Part shown: positions 35,313 to 47,816 of the stretch, one piece after another
Position numbering within the stretch: position 1 is the stretch's first letter
Layout: each line of letters begins with the position of its first letter
Source: Paraglomus brasilianum
Lineage: Eukaryota
Assembly: GCA_910592345.1 (NCBI GenBank)
Contig: CAJVPI010000115.1
Span: 1 to 52,479, forward strand
Direction of reading: 5' to 3'
DNA: 52,479 bases
Notes under the pieces: generated by a model
Told to the model about the DNA's origin: nothing
The model's input: the letters and a program-made list of their open reading frames with translations, nothing else
Databases searched by the model: none
Position numbers and translations under genes: made by a program

Positions 35313-38300
35313 TCACCAATCTAACTTACTATCTCCACATCCACCACATGCAACTTCCTGACCAACTCTTTCAATAATGTTGATATTTTTCTCCTTCCTA
35401 ACATGATGCTTTTTAACCATCCACTTACTTGTACCAAGTAAGCCGTCCAACTCTTCCGTCGACGGAAGCAATAACCAAACGTGCTCACCCTCGATCTTTA
35501 TATCGAAAGTCATCAATTTCAAGTCTGGACCATCAGTCAGACAATCTCCAGTCTCGAGAGCATAGTTCTTCTTATGCATGGGACAACTCACTTTCAAAAC
35601 TCCATTCTCGTCATCCCCAACAATCCCCTGTGACAAGACAAATGCTCGCTTGTGTGGGCACATGTTTTGAGTTGCATACCACTTTGTCCTATTATGACTA
35701 TTAAAGATGGCTATTTGCACGTCTCCGTATTTAACAACATCTCCGGCATCTTCGGGGAACGAGTTAACGTGAGCAATCTTTATCCATGCCTTTCCTCCGT
35801 CAGGTGCACTTTCTGCGGCTATCCGTTCGGATTCTTCTGTTTTAGGGAATTCCTTGGGCCAATCAGCAGGACGGTTTTGACCGCGCTCGTCGACAAATTC
35901 AATAAGAGACTGGTTTTCGTCTGTATTGGTAAACTGTCGAAACTCGGCTCGTCGTTTAGGATCATGAACTACCGTCGCCCATTCACATTGGTATGTGTTG
36001 ATAAGACGCGCCATGTCCTCTTCTAGTTCTGCACAGATGCCCAGGTAATCATCTATTACGACTCTTCTTAAATACTAAATTTATGTAATGTGATTTCCGA
36101 ATGTTATTAGCAAATGTTGTTAGCAATACAAACGATTACAGCTTATCACGCATTATTTTTACAACATACATCAATCCCGCCTTCCATTTTCTCTAGCCAT
36201 CGTGCGGTACGCGTGAGTCGATCGGCCGTGTGTATGTAGTACATCAAAAATCTGTCCAAATACTTTATACACAATTCTTCTGAAATGTCTCTAGCCAAAA
36301 GTACGGCATGTTTAGGCTTTGCTCCACCATTTCCACAAACGTAGAGATTAAATCCCTTGTCTGTTGCAATCATGCCAAAGTCTTTCCCCTGTGCCTCGGC
36401 ACATTCTCGAATGCACCCAGAAACACCTCCTTTAAGTTTATGCGGTGACCTTATTCCCTTGTACCTGTTTTCGACCTTAATGGCAAACCCGACCGAATCC
36501 CCGATTCCATATCGGCACCAAGTCGATCCGACACACGATTTAACTGTTCGTAATGCCTTGCCATAAGCGTGACCAGATTCGAATCCAGAGTCAACCAGTT
36601 GTTCCCAGATATCCGGCAGGTCTTGTTTAGCAGCCCCGAAGAGGTCGACACGTTGTCCGCCAGTAATTTTGGTGTACAGATTGTATTTCTTGGCCACTTC
36701 TCCGAGAACAATGAGTTTCTCTGGTGTAATCTCTCCACCCGGCACGCGTGGTATTACCGAATAACTTCCTCCACGTTGAATATTAGCCAGGAATCGATCG
36801 TTCGTATCTTGTAAATTGGCATGATCGAGTATATGATCGTTCCATAAACTAGCCAATATGGATGCGATGGCTGGTTTGCATACTTCGCATCCATACGAGC
36901 CCTTTTTCCCAGCGGTATCAATAATCTCCCTAAAGGTTTTCAATTGCTTAATCTTGATAATCTGGAACAGTTCGACGCGCGTATAATTAAAGTGTGGACA
37001 GAGATTTTGGGTAACTTTGTGGCCGCATGCTTTCATTTCTGCCGCAAAAATTTCTTGGACATCTGGGAGACATCCGCCACAGCCGGTACCTGCTTTTGTG
37101 CACGATTTGACTTCACCTATGGAGCGGCAGCTGCCTGTTCGAACCGCTTCACGTATTTCGCCTTTTGAGATGTTGTTGCACGAACTTTAGTGAGTAATGC
37201 AATTTGGGAAGGAAGACTTCAGTTAGTCACGTGATTGATATTAAATCATCTTCCGCAAGTCAACAAACATATGGATCAGCCATCATCATACTTACCAAAC
37301 CTGAGCCTCATCTGGCAACTCGTCTGCCCCAGGTGCCTGCCCCGACTTGACTCCCAATATTAACTCTCCAGGAAGCATTGTCAATGGTTTCTTACTCTTC
37401 CACATAGCATGCAATTTGGCGTAATCGTCTGTATCTCCAACCATAATACCGCCCAACAGATGCTTTCCATCCTTACTAAACAAGTAGTTTTTATACACTG
37501 CACCAAATGGATCTTTATAAGTCAACGGCATAGCCACGTCCTCTTTCGCGAAATAATCACCAAAACTAGCAACATGCACACCCAAGAGTTTCAACTTGGA
37601 TGACAAGTCACCACCCTTGAACTTTCTATCTCTTGCCTGAGATGTCAAGTTAGCCGCTACGACATCCGCCATGTCATAACCAGGTGCTACCAATCCATAC
37701 ACGACTCCACGGTGTAAAGCGACTTCGCCTATAGCATAGACATGGGGATCGTTTGTCTGCAGCCGATCGTCAACTTGAATACCGCCACGTGGATGAGTAT
37801 CGATATTAGAAACTCGCGCGATATTGTCACGTGGTCGTATGCCAGCAGCAATGACAATGACTTGGAATTCATCAAAGTGATCGTTCTCGTATGTTATGCC
37901 AGTAACCTTGCCAGTTTCGTCGATTTCGATTTTTCGTGGGCTATTCTGGAGGACCTTTTTGATACCTATTTTCTCGATTTCGCGTTCGAGCATTAGACCA
38001 CCCTCATGATCTATTTGCCGCGATAACAAGTGAGGATTTCGTTCTATGATTGTTACTTCTAACCCCAGATCCATCAATGCTTTGGCGGCTTCAAGTCCCA
38101 GTAACCCTCCTCCGATGACTGCACCCTTTTTAGCATTTTTACACCAGCTAATAATATTGTCTAGATCATCAATGGTTCTGTAAACGAAACAACCTTTGGC
38201 TTCTTTGTTTGGAATGGGCGGGACAAATGGATCGGAGCCTGTGGCTATGATACACTTGTCATACTGGATCTCTCTACCGGATGATGAGATGACTGTTTTC

Positions 38301-38810
38301 GTAGACGTGGAGATGGAAGATGCCAGTTCTGATGTGTAGAGCGTGATTGAGTTGTTGGAATACCATTCGGGAGGCTGGAGAAGGAGACGAGTGGAAGAGC
38401 GGTGAGAGAAGTATTGGGTCAGCCCTACCCTGTTGTATGCGACTTTGTGGCAAAGGAAGGGGGTGGTTGATTATTAATCACATTTTATGAATCGTGCATA
38501 AAACCGCGTTCTTTTTTAAATATTGCTCGTTTCAATGTTAGTAATTACCTAAACTTTCTTCGCAGAAACTCACAACTTTGTATCTCTTTTTCGTATCATA
38601 CTTTAACAGCTTCTCAATAAACGACAGTCCCACCATTCCCAATCCAATCACGACAACTGTCTCTTTGTTCGTTAGTCCATTCGTAACTCCGTTTGTTAGT
38701 CCATTCGTAACTCCGTTTGTTAGTCCATCCGTAACTCCGTTTGTTAGTCCATTCGTAACTCCATTCGTAACTCCATTTGTTAGTCCATTCGTCAATCCAT
38801 TCGTTTCCAT
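35313..38810 (-). CDS. niiA: Assimilatory NAD(P)H nitrite reductase (NirB-like + C-terminal Rieske NirD-like), 3 introns
   Basis: GLGMVG FAD motif, GGGLLGLEAA, AGTGCGGC, KSCVGSTWCRYG, GVSGCIRECAEA, Rieske CPHK...CPMH. Confidence 0.97.
38667..38804 (-). repeat. 12-bp coding minisatellite encoding (TNG[L/V])x11
   Basis: METNGLTNGLTNGVTNGV... at the nitrite reductase N-terminus. Confidence 0.95.
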
Positions 38811-39850
38811 GTTGTCTGAGAGGTCGAATGCAATAATTCCGTTATATGAATGCTAGCACTAACAAACTGATTAGGATTGTGTATGATGCGATTGATTATA
38901 TGAGAGAATGATGAGTGGTGATGGATATGTGATAAATTATATCAATCACCACACAGCATATTACGTGCTGAAAGGGGGGGGGTACCTTTCAATACATACA
39001 GTATATACAATGTATTTAGTACCAGTGTAATGGTCATTGTTTACTTACTTACTTACACATGCCCATAACATGTGGCGCTCGTAAGCGCTTTGTTTACCAA
39101 ACAGCTATCTTTCAAACTAAGGTCTCACAACACTTAATTTTTAAGTATACTGATAAGCTTGTCCAATGTAGAAAAACTGCAATGTACACGCTTTATTTGT
39201 TACACAGTAACATTGATAACCATAACTTTGTTACACGGTATCATTAGTAACGATTAATTTGTTATCGGAACAAGTGATCTGCATGAGACAGCTGCATGAC
39301 AAGGGTAGAACAGGAAGAGGTTGCAGCATCCTCTACATTCTTGTCTTGTGATACTGACGGGTAGATTCTACGCTGAGGGCGTAAGTTCTTTGGAAGAGTC
39401 ACACAATAAAGATATACATCCGATAGGTTGATAGGTTGACCAAATACCCTAAAACGCAATGATAGTCTCTAAGCAATTTATTTCTCGTCTTCTTGTATTA
39501 TTGGTTTTATTGGTTCCAACCAACCCTTGGCGTATCTCATTCAAAGTGCAGATCATTGCCAAGTCTTATATCGTTATCGGATATTAATTATTCCAAGCAC
39601 TATGAAAAATTTGCTTGTAGTAAGTGATTAGAGCACATGTCAAAAGACTATGATTTGTTAGCATAATAAGAACGACCACGCTGATCCGTTGTGTTTTGAA
39701 TGTTCTTCATTTTATAATGGAAGCAATTGCAACGAATCAAGCCTTCAAACCATATATAGTTACACTAACGATTATATTAATATGCCCCTGTGCGACTGTT
39801 GTACAAATTGTTCTTTTTTGTTTCAAACTAAAACTATAATAAATGGTTCT

Positions 39851-39953
39851 CTTATCTGAAGATAAGAACACCCCAATTAGAAAAACTTGTTAGCGGAGGA
39901 TCTTCAACTTATCTATATCTGCAGATAGGATCGATATTAGCTTATCTATGATA
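39851..39953. promoter_or_regulatory. Cluster of GATA sites (AreA/Nit2-type) upstream of nitrite reductase
   Basis: Inverted pair cttatc-tgaa-gataag plus six more GATA/TATC cores in about 100 bp. Confidence 0.5.
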
Positions 39954-41505
39954 ATCGCAAGCGGGTTTTGGCGATCAATTTAGAAACATCCTTATTTATC
40001 GAAAATAAGTCGGGACAGAAAAAAAATTAAAGTTTGGTAACAAGCATTAAATTACCCTTAATATTTTCCGGAATAAATCGGCGATTCATGTATCCAAACG
40101 GGACGTTACGGAACGATAATGCACTATTTGCAACTTCATACGAACTAAGCAAAAAGATCTTAGGTAGAATATTGATCAAGTAAATTATAAGGGCAAATTC
40201 GCTCGGCGTTTTGACAATTTATTCGGTTGTAAAATTAGCATTAGTGATCTAGGGTACCAGAACCTTAATTAAAAAATAAAATAAAATATTTTCTCACAAT
40301 GCTCCGTTTCTGACGTACAATACAAAGTTTATGTTTAATTTGGTTCCGTCTGAGCTTCATAAATAACTCTGTTCGTATACCAGGACTTCTGTGAGTAAGG
40401 TCGTGTTACATCATAATTTTAATCGGGGCTGCAGTTCTCTGCCCGTACGACTTTGGGTAGCAATTTTCAGACCCAATGGACTCGTTGGGACGTACTGCGT
40501 GCGACTAGTAAAGGACAATGAATATCTTAACAAATTTACTGACTATTGTAATTTGTCAACTATTGGCCATACATTTTTAATTCCTATCGTTTATCAGTGT
40601 GTGTTACTTTCATGAGCACGATAAGGAAATGTCAAAGATATGTGTGGCTGCATATGCCTGTTTGTGGCTGTCAATACACGCTCGTATATCCAGAGTCTGT
40701 CTCCGATTTGTTCAATTTTTTGGTCTCTCCCAAAACGGAAATTCACGTACCGATATGTCAAGCAGTAACATGTGTTGTGTCGTCACATTTCGTAGTAGCA
40801 CAACTTTGGTGTTTCTCAACAATAATGCAATTTCGTTAGACCAAAATCTTAATCTGTTAATCGCCTTGACTCTTTAAGCATTTGTTTGCACAAAATAACA
40901 TATATATCCAAGTTTATTTAGCAGTGATAGAAACCGGGAACGCTTCCCTATCTCGAAGAGGCTTGCGACAATACATTGGCCCTTGAAAATTTTAATTAAT
41001 TTAGCTATCAGCTTTCCAATTCCGCCCCTCTCAGGTCTGTAAATTTGTGTCCATAACAGATAAATGCACTTCATCGTCAACCTATGTCCCTTCCCCATTT
41101 TCCCTTATCTCCCTCCAATGACATTAAGTCTACTCGATGATCGATTGCGTGCAGATCCTAATTGCCTAATAAATTCTCTGAATTGCAGATCTTCTTCTTA
41201 CGTACCGATAAAAGCGATAAATAACTTTAATTAGAATTAATTTAGTAACTAGAAACTTAATGAAACTCAATATGGTAATATTAACCCATTCATTTTTGAG
41301 CATGTGTTTATTTATATTGTGTATATTAATACTTAGTATAAAATTTTTTTACACTTTTACAATCGATTGATTAGACTAAACTAGAAGCAATCGCTGTATT
41401 TTCGAATAGTCATAATCCAATGCAATGATCCACAGAAATTACACCTTTCAATGACAGTATATACGATCTAGTTAGATATTATATGAATACAAGAAGACAG
41501 ATCGT

Positions 41506-43052
41506 CTATGACTTTCTAAATGAAGCCAATCTCATTCCATCAACTTTCAATGTGAAGGCGGTAAATGCAACCGTCATAACAACACATCCAATAACCATAA
41601 ATGCAGTTGGGGTATCTTCCGAGTATTTCTTAAAGATTATAGTAAATATTAAACCACCAATGTTGCCACCCGCTCCAACTAGACCAGAGATAGCACCAGA
41701 AACTGCTGGATTGACGAAGGGAACTATACCAAATGATGAACCACAGCCAGCCTATTGATATTAAGATAATGTTTGTAAGAAATCGATTGTATTGTAGCAA
41801 GAAAAGCAAAGAGTCTATACATCATATCAATGCAAAGCAATCGCTTCTTACTCACCTGAACAAAGTAGCTGAAAATAACCAACACGATAATAGCTCCAGT
41901 CAAGGTAGTAACAGCAAATTTAAAGAGAAACAGGAATAATCCTCCAAAGAACATAATCAAAAGCTGCACCAATAATCTTCCACGTATTCCCAGACGAGAA
42001 CTTGCAAAGTCAGATAGGAATCCCCCTGTAGCACGTGAGAAGAGATTCATCAATCCAAATAGAGATCCGATCAAACCCGCGGTCTTTTGGGTCAAGTGGA
42101 AGTGGTTGAAAAGAAAATCTGCAAGAACGTTGTCCACCGCTAGTTCTACGCCGAATGTGCAGGAATACATGACCATTAAAACCCACACATTGGGATTAGA
42201 TAGTGCAATGTAGAAAGCCCTAAGTTTAGAAGTAGGTGGGGCAGTGGCGGTACTTTGTTTGTTTGCCGGTTCAATCGTAGTTGCCTTCTTTTCCTTATCA
42301 ACATCTCCAGCATCGTGTACTTCAACTATTTTCTCTTCTTCTACGAGTTTTCCCCTGTTCTTCCATTTTCCTTCTGGACAATCATCCGTAAACAACAGAC
42401 AAGCTATACCAACGACAATCAAGAGACAGGCTGGTACAACTAGCGTCAGTCTCCAAGCGTCATGGGTGGACCTTCCTCCATCAACAAACCATTGCATGAT
42501 TACTGGCATGAGAAGGTACGTAATACCAGCTCCCATGTTACCCCATCCTCCAGCAATTGCGTTAGCACTGCCGACAACATTAGAGTCGAACATCTGCATT
42601 GTCCAGAATTGGCATGGAACAAATGTCGCTCCAAGAATACCGACGAAAAACCTTGCAATCATCAATCCCTCACGATCGTTTGCCAACCCGGTTAATCCGA
42701 CCGGAATAGAACCCACCAGAAGTAACGTTGCCATAACCTTTCTTGGACCGATAGCGTCACATAATGGACCAACAAGTATACGGAACGCAATGGTAGAGGA
42801 GACGGAAATAATGTTTGAATCATTGAATTGGAAAGGGTTTAACTTCAGGTCCTTTTTAATTGTTGGAGCTAAAGGAGCGACAGCAAACCACCCAGTGAAC
42901 GCGGTAAGAAATCCAAGCCATGCAAAGTGAAATGATCGCATGTGAGGGCGAGAGAATTTGATCAAATTGAGACGCTCCGCCTTTTGCGTGGCTGGGTTGG
43001 TCGGAAGTGGGTTTCTTGGGTTCCCAAACAGTTTTCCAAGTGCCTTTGACAT
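41506..43052 (-). CDS. nrtA: High-affinity nitrate transporter NRT2 (NNP family, MFS), 1 intron
   Basis: RPHMRSFHFAW, nitrate signature AGGWGNMG, FSRATGG, second signature SGLVGAGGNIGG; stop at 41506. Confidence 0.96.
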
Positions 43053-44219
43053 TTTTTCTTATTTTGTTGGTCCAGAAAAAGGAAAGGGTAGAGATGATTG
43101 GGGAAGAGAAGTAAAAAAAGAAAAGGTAATGATGAAGAACTTAAAAAGAAGTAATGATGTTTCGTATATTTTTATTCATAAATTCAATCGATTATTACAA
43201 GATTTTTTTTTATTGGATAAATCTTATAATATTCTCATGCGGTTTCTTATCGAACTATTGAAGCGTCAAAGAGCAGATGGAGTTCGAAAGCCGGCGGCTA
43301 ACGGGAGGAAATGGGTTGGACGCGACTTTAAAAAGAATTTACTTCTTGTGTGTAAGTATTCGGTTATACAACGGATTTACAGTATTAAATCAAGTGACTA
43401 TGTATTATCCTTATTATTATTTGTTTTGATGATATTTCTTGTTCTACACCGGATACTGACAGGACAATTGCCTATCAACATTTCACAGCAGCTGCAGTGC
43501 AATGTCATATCCATCATATGAGTGTTATTGGTTCTGTTTCATATGCTTGTCACACCGACGCCTATCAGACGAAGATCACTCAACTTCGTTTTCGTCAATT
43601 ATTACCATAAAAATTCTTATTGATATTAAACTAGTCGAAACACCGTTAAACTTATCAAATCATCGTGAATACGACTTTCTTATGGTACGTTATAATTTAT
43701 TACGACACGCGGATGTACGCCCAACAGTGTTACAATTCAGTTCTGCACTACACCCCCTCTTATCTCTCACGAGGTCTTTTTAATGCACCTGCATTCTTTA
43801 TTAAGTTGCAAAAAAAAAAAGAGAGAGAAGAAATCCATTCTGCAGGCAGTTTCCTTATTCGTTTTGTTTATGTTGTAATGCATTCAATCAAATTGGACCG
43901 TGTAATACATATAAAGATCACCCGCGTATATATTATGAATTCTAAAATCCACAATCACTCATTACGTGATGCACCGTTCATTCTGTCACAAAACGCCAAG
44001 ATAAACCGATTGGGGTGGTTTCCTAAATGAACAGAATAAATGAGATAAGCTAAATCCAGAATGGTGCATGATAGAACAGCTATCAAAGACTAATCAATGT
44101 CGATTTGGGAACTTTCAATCTGAAAGAACAATGTTCTATTAAATCCGCGTACCCGCTTATCAATCGCCAATCAACTTACTGAGTGTATTACAATCCAGTT
44201 TGCTAATTGTTGACCCTTG

Positions 44220-44272
44220 CCTTGTACTCTCCATAACTAATAAAGGAACGCAAAACTCCTTGTACTCTCCAT
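44220..44272 (+). mobile_element. Micro-insertion family copy 4 with perfect 15-bp TSD
   Basis: ccttgtactctccat (44220-44234) + aactaataaaggaacgcaaaact (44235-44257) + ccttgtactctccat (44258-44272). Confidence 0.92.
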
Positions 44273-44553
44273 TTCCACCCGGACATTAAACTTTTCACTT
44301 GTTGTCGATCCCGTCTGATCATTTCATATCATCCTTGCTCTATCTTCGTTATCAACTCACGTGTCAATACATTTAAATAGATTACATCCAATCTTGATTT
44401 CAGTCTTGCGAAAGCCCGCAAACTGGAATACCCTTGAATTATTTATTGCCATAGTCTTTTTGTAACGTAAATTATCTTGTCTTGCATTCTACAATATCTC
44501 TGCTACCAATATATCATATCATACACACACAACATTTGTAACTCTCGGAGCAA

Positions 44554-47249
44554 ATGGCAACAATTTCAACGCAACCGGCTGTCCCTTCTCCTCTATCTGC
44601 TAAACCAAACTTTCAACCGCAACATTATACAACTCCCTTATCTTCCCTACCATCAAAGAATCCCATATATGCTCGCTCAGTACCCATAACTGCGATCGAT
44701 CCTCGTGATGCCAATACTCCCGACAAATGGATTCCTCGACATCCTAATCTCGTCCGTCTTACCGGCAAGCACCCATTCAACTGCGAACCACCATTAACTC
44801 AATTAATGGATCAGGGTTTTCTTACTCCAAATTCACTACATTACGTACGCAATCACGGGCCAGTACCCAAGTTACAATGGGAGACCCATCGCTTGGTTGT
44901 TGAAGGGTAAGTATGAGAAGAGAATGTCTAGAAAAATATATCCGCGGGTACCCGTCACGTCGTTTATTCTAATCACGTGATCACTTCTTCTCTAGTTTTG
45001 TTAAAAAGACGCTAACTTTCTCTATGGACGAAATCACTGCAATGCCATCTCGCACAATTCCCGTAACGCTCGTATGCGCCGGAAACCGTCGGAAAGAACA
45101 AAACAGGGTCAAACAATCGATCGGTTTCAACTGGGGCGCAGCTGCAGTTTCAACGGCAATCTGGAAGGGTGTTCCTCTCCGGCACATTCTCAAACTTGCT
45201 GGTGTTTCGCTCGACGACGTCACTGCAGACTCCCCACGTTATGTCTGCTTCCACGGAGTCGATATTCTACCCAACGGATACTATGGAACTAGCTTGACGT
45301 TAGAATGGGCCATGAATGATGCCATGGACGTGATTTTAGCGTATGAGATGAATGGAGAAGAATTGTTACCTGATCATGGATACCCTTTGCGAGTCGTCAT
45401 ACCTGGAGCTATTGGTGGGCGGATGATTAAATGGTTGGGCAAAATCACGATTACCGATTGCGAGTCAGACAGTTATTATCATTACCACGATAACAGAGTA
45501 CTACCACCAAACGTCGATAACGAACGAGCAAACAAAGAAAACTGGTGGTATATCCCAGATTACATTATAAACGAACTGAACATCAACTCTGCAATTAGCA
45601 GTCCAGCCCATAATGAAAAAATTTACCTCTCATCCTTTGTCAACACATCCTCCTACAAACTCCGTGGGTACGCATATTCCGGCGGCGGTCGCAAAGTCAC
45701 CCGTGTAGAAATTTCGCTCGACCAAGGACAAACCTGGTTACTCACCTCTCTTACTCATCCCGAATTAACCCACCCCATGGTTCTCGCTCGTGGTCACAAC
45801 CCTGTTCGCAAACACTGGTGTTGGTGTTTTTGGGAGTTGGGCATTGACTTTATGTCATTGCTCAAATGTCAAGAGATATGGGTCAGAGCATGGGACGCTA
45901 CGCAGAATACTCAGCCGAGAGATTTGACATGGAACGTCATGGGAATGATGAATAACTGTTATTTCAGAGTCAAAGTGCACACAAAAATAGAGAATAGGGA
46001 TGTAGTGGTCTCGTTTGAGCATCCCACACTGCCAGGCAATCAGGTTGGCGGATGGATGAATAGAGGAGAGGATGCGGATACCAAAGAAGTAGAGAAAGTA
46101 AGCGTTATCAACGATACTAATGGAACCAATCAAGCGGGAAAAAACATTACAATGAGTGAAGTTGCAAAGCACGATAACGAAAGGGACTGTTGGATTGCTG
46201 TCGGTGGTAAAGTCTACGATTGCACCAAATTCTTGGATCAGCATCCTGGTGGAGCAGACAGTATTATTATAAACGCTGGGACCGATTGTACAGAAGAGTT
46301 TGATGCAATACATTCCAAAAAGGCGAGAAACATGCTATCAGACTACTATATTGGAAACCTAGAAAACGGAAATAACGTTCCATCCACAACCCCACTTGTT
46401 ACACCAAAGCCTGCTCCATTCATCCAGCCGTCTATTTCGGGCTCGACTGCTCTAAACCCGAGGCTCTGGCTTCCCTGTCCTCTGGTCTTTAAAACTCACC
46501 TCTCACATGACACCCGAATCTTTCGCTTTGCTCTGCCGTCAAAAGATCAAAAGCTTGGACTTCCGTCTGGAAATCACATATTCATTCGTGGATCGGTCGA
46601 TGGCAAAAATGTCATTCGAGCTTACACGCCAATTACGCGTCCTGACGACTGTCCTGGATATTTTGAACTATTGATAAAAGTATACTTTGCTAACGTCCAT
46701 CCTAGGTTTCCTAATGGTGGATTAATGACACAGCATTTGGAAAGGATGAAAATAGGAGAGACGATCGACATCAAAGGTCCGCTCGGTCAATATGTATACG
46801 TTGGTGGTGGAAAATACGAAACAAAAGAGGGCACCAGAGTATCTCGGAAGTCATGTAAAAAGATTGGAATGATAGCTGGTGGCTCTGGCATTACTCCTAT
46901 TTATCAAGTAATACACGCTATCATCAAAAACAAGGATGACAACACTCAAGTATCGCTGCTGTATGCAAACCGAACTGAGCAAGATATCCTGCTTCGAGAT
47001 GAATTGGATGACATCGCTAAAAAGCATAGTAATATCAAGGTGTGGTACACGGTAGATGTACCGCCTAGTGATTGGAAGTATAGCTCTGGGTATATAAGTG
47101 AGGATATGATACGTGACAATTTGTTTGCACCCGAGGATGGCGGACAAAGTATTGTGCTTATGTGTGGCCCGCCTCCAATGATTCAACGATGTTGTATTCC
47201 TAATCTGATAAAGATTGGATTCAAAGAGGATGAATATTTTGACTTTTGA
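44554..47249 (+). CDS. niaD: Assimilatory nitrate reductase (Moco, cytochrome b5 and FAD/NAD(P)H domains), 1 intron 44907-44995
   Basis: RLTGKHPFNCEP, LVCAGNRRKEQN, WNVMGMMNN, HPGG, RAYTP, AGGSGITP, CGPPPM. Confidence 0.98.
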
Positions 47250-47816
47250 AAAAGTTTAACGTCATGTTTATAATGCACCTTTTAAAAATAATTGTGAATG
47301 TATTGTATATTACTAAATAAAATCTGACTTCTGTTTTTTAATAATTTACGGATCTTGTATTTAATTACCATTTTTGCATTATAATTGATTCGTCAAAAAA
47401 CCGGCAACTGATCGAAACAAGAGATTAATTATTATCAGTAGTAGTACGTACGTATCATTGATGTCTAACGCGTAAAGAAACAGCGTGCAACAGTAATTTA
47501 ATATTGTTGTAATATAATAATACTTGGAAAAGACTTATGCTATTTGATATGTGTAATCAGCACAATTTACGGCGTTATCAAATACAATTGTCGCAAGTTT
47601 TTACATGTACGTTAAACTCTTGGCAGCAAATAACAATGTTCATGATAACAAATCCTACTTCGCACAGTCCATCTTTTAATTGGAGTAAGATTGGTTTGAC
47701 AAATAGAATTTATTTGCATGCACAAAAAATTCCATTACTACTTTAATTGATTACATCTTTATTTGGTTAAGAACTATAATTATTGTTAATATTAAAGCTA
47801 TCAAGTCGTAATCAAA

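Noticed and set aside
42244..42930. 228-aa + strand ORF and similar antisense ORFs
   Set aside because: These are shadow frames of real genes on the opposite strand.
44235..44257. Insert as a 5.8S rRNA, snRNA or telomere fragment
   Set aside because: Only GAACGCA resembles 5.8S rRNA. I recall no convincing match, and the sequence is not tandem.
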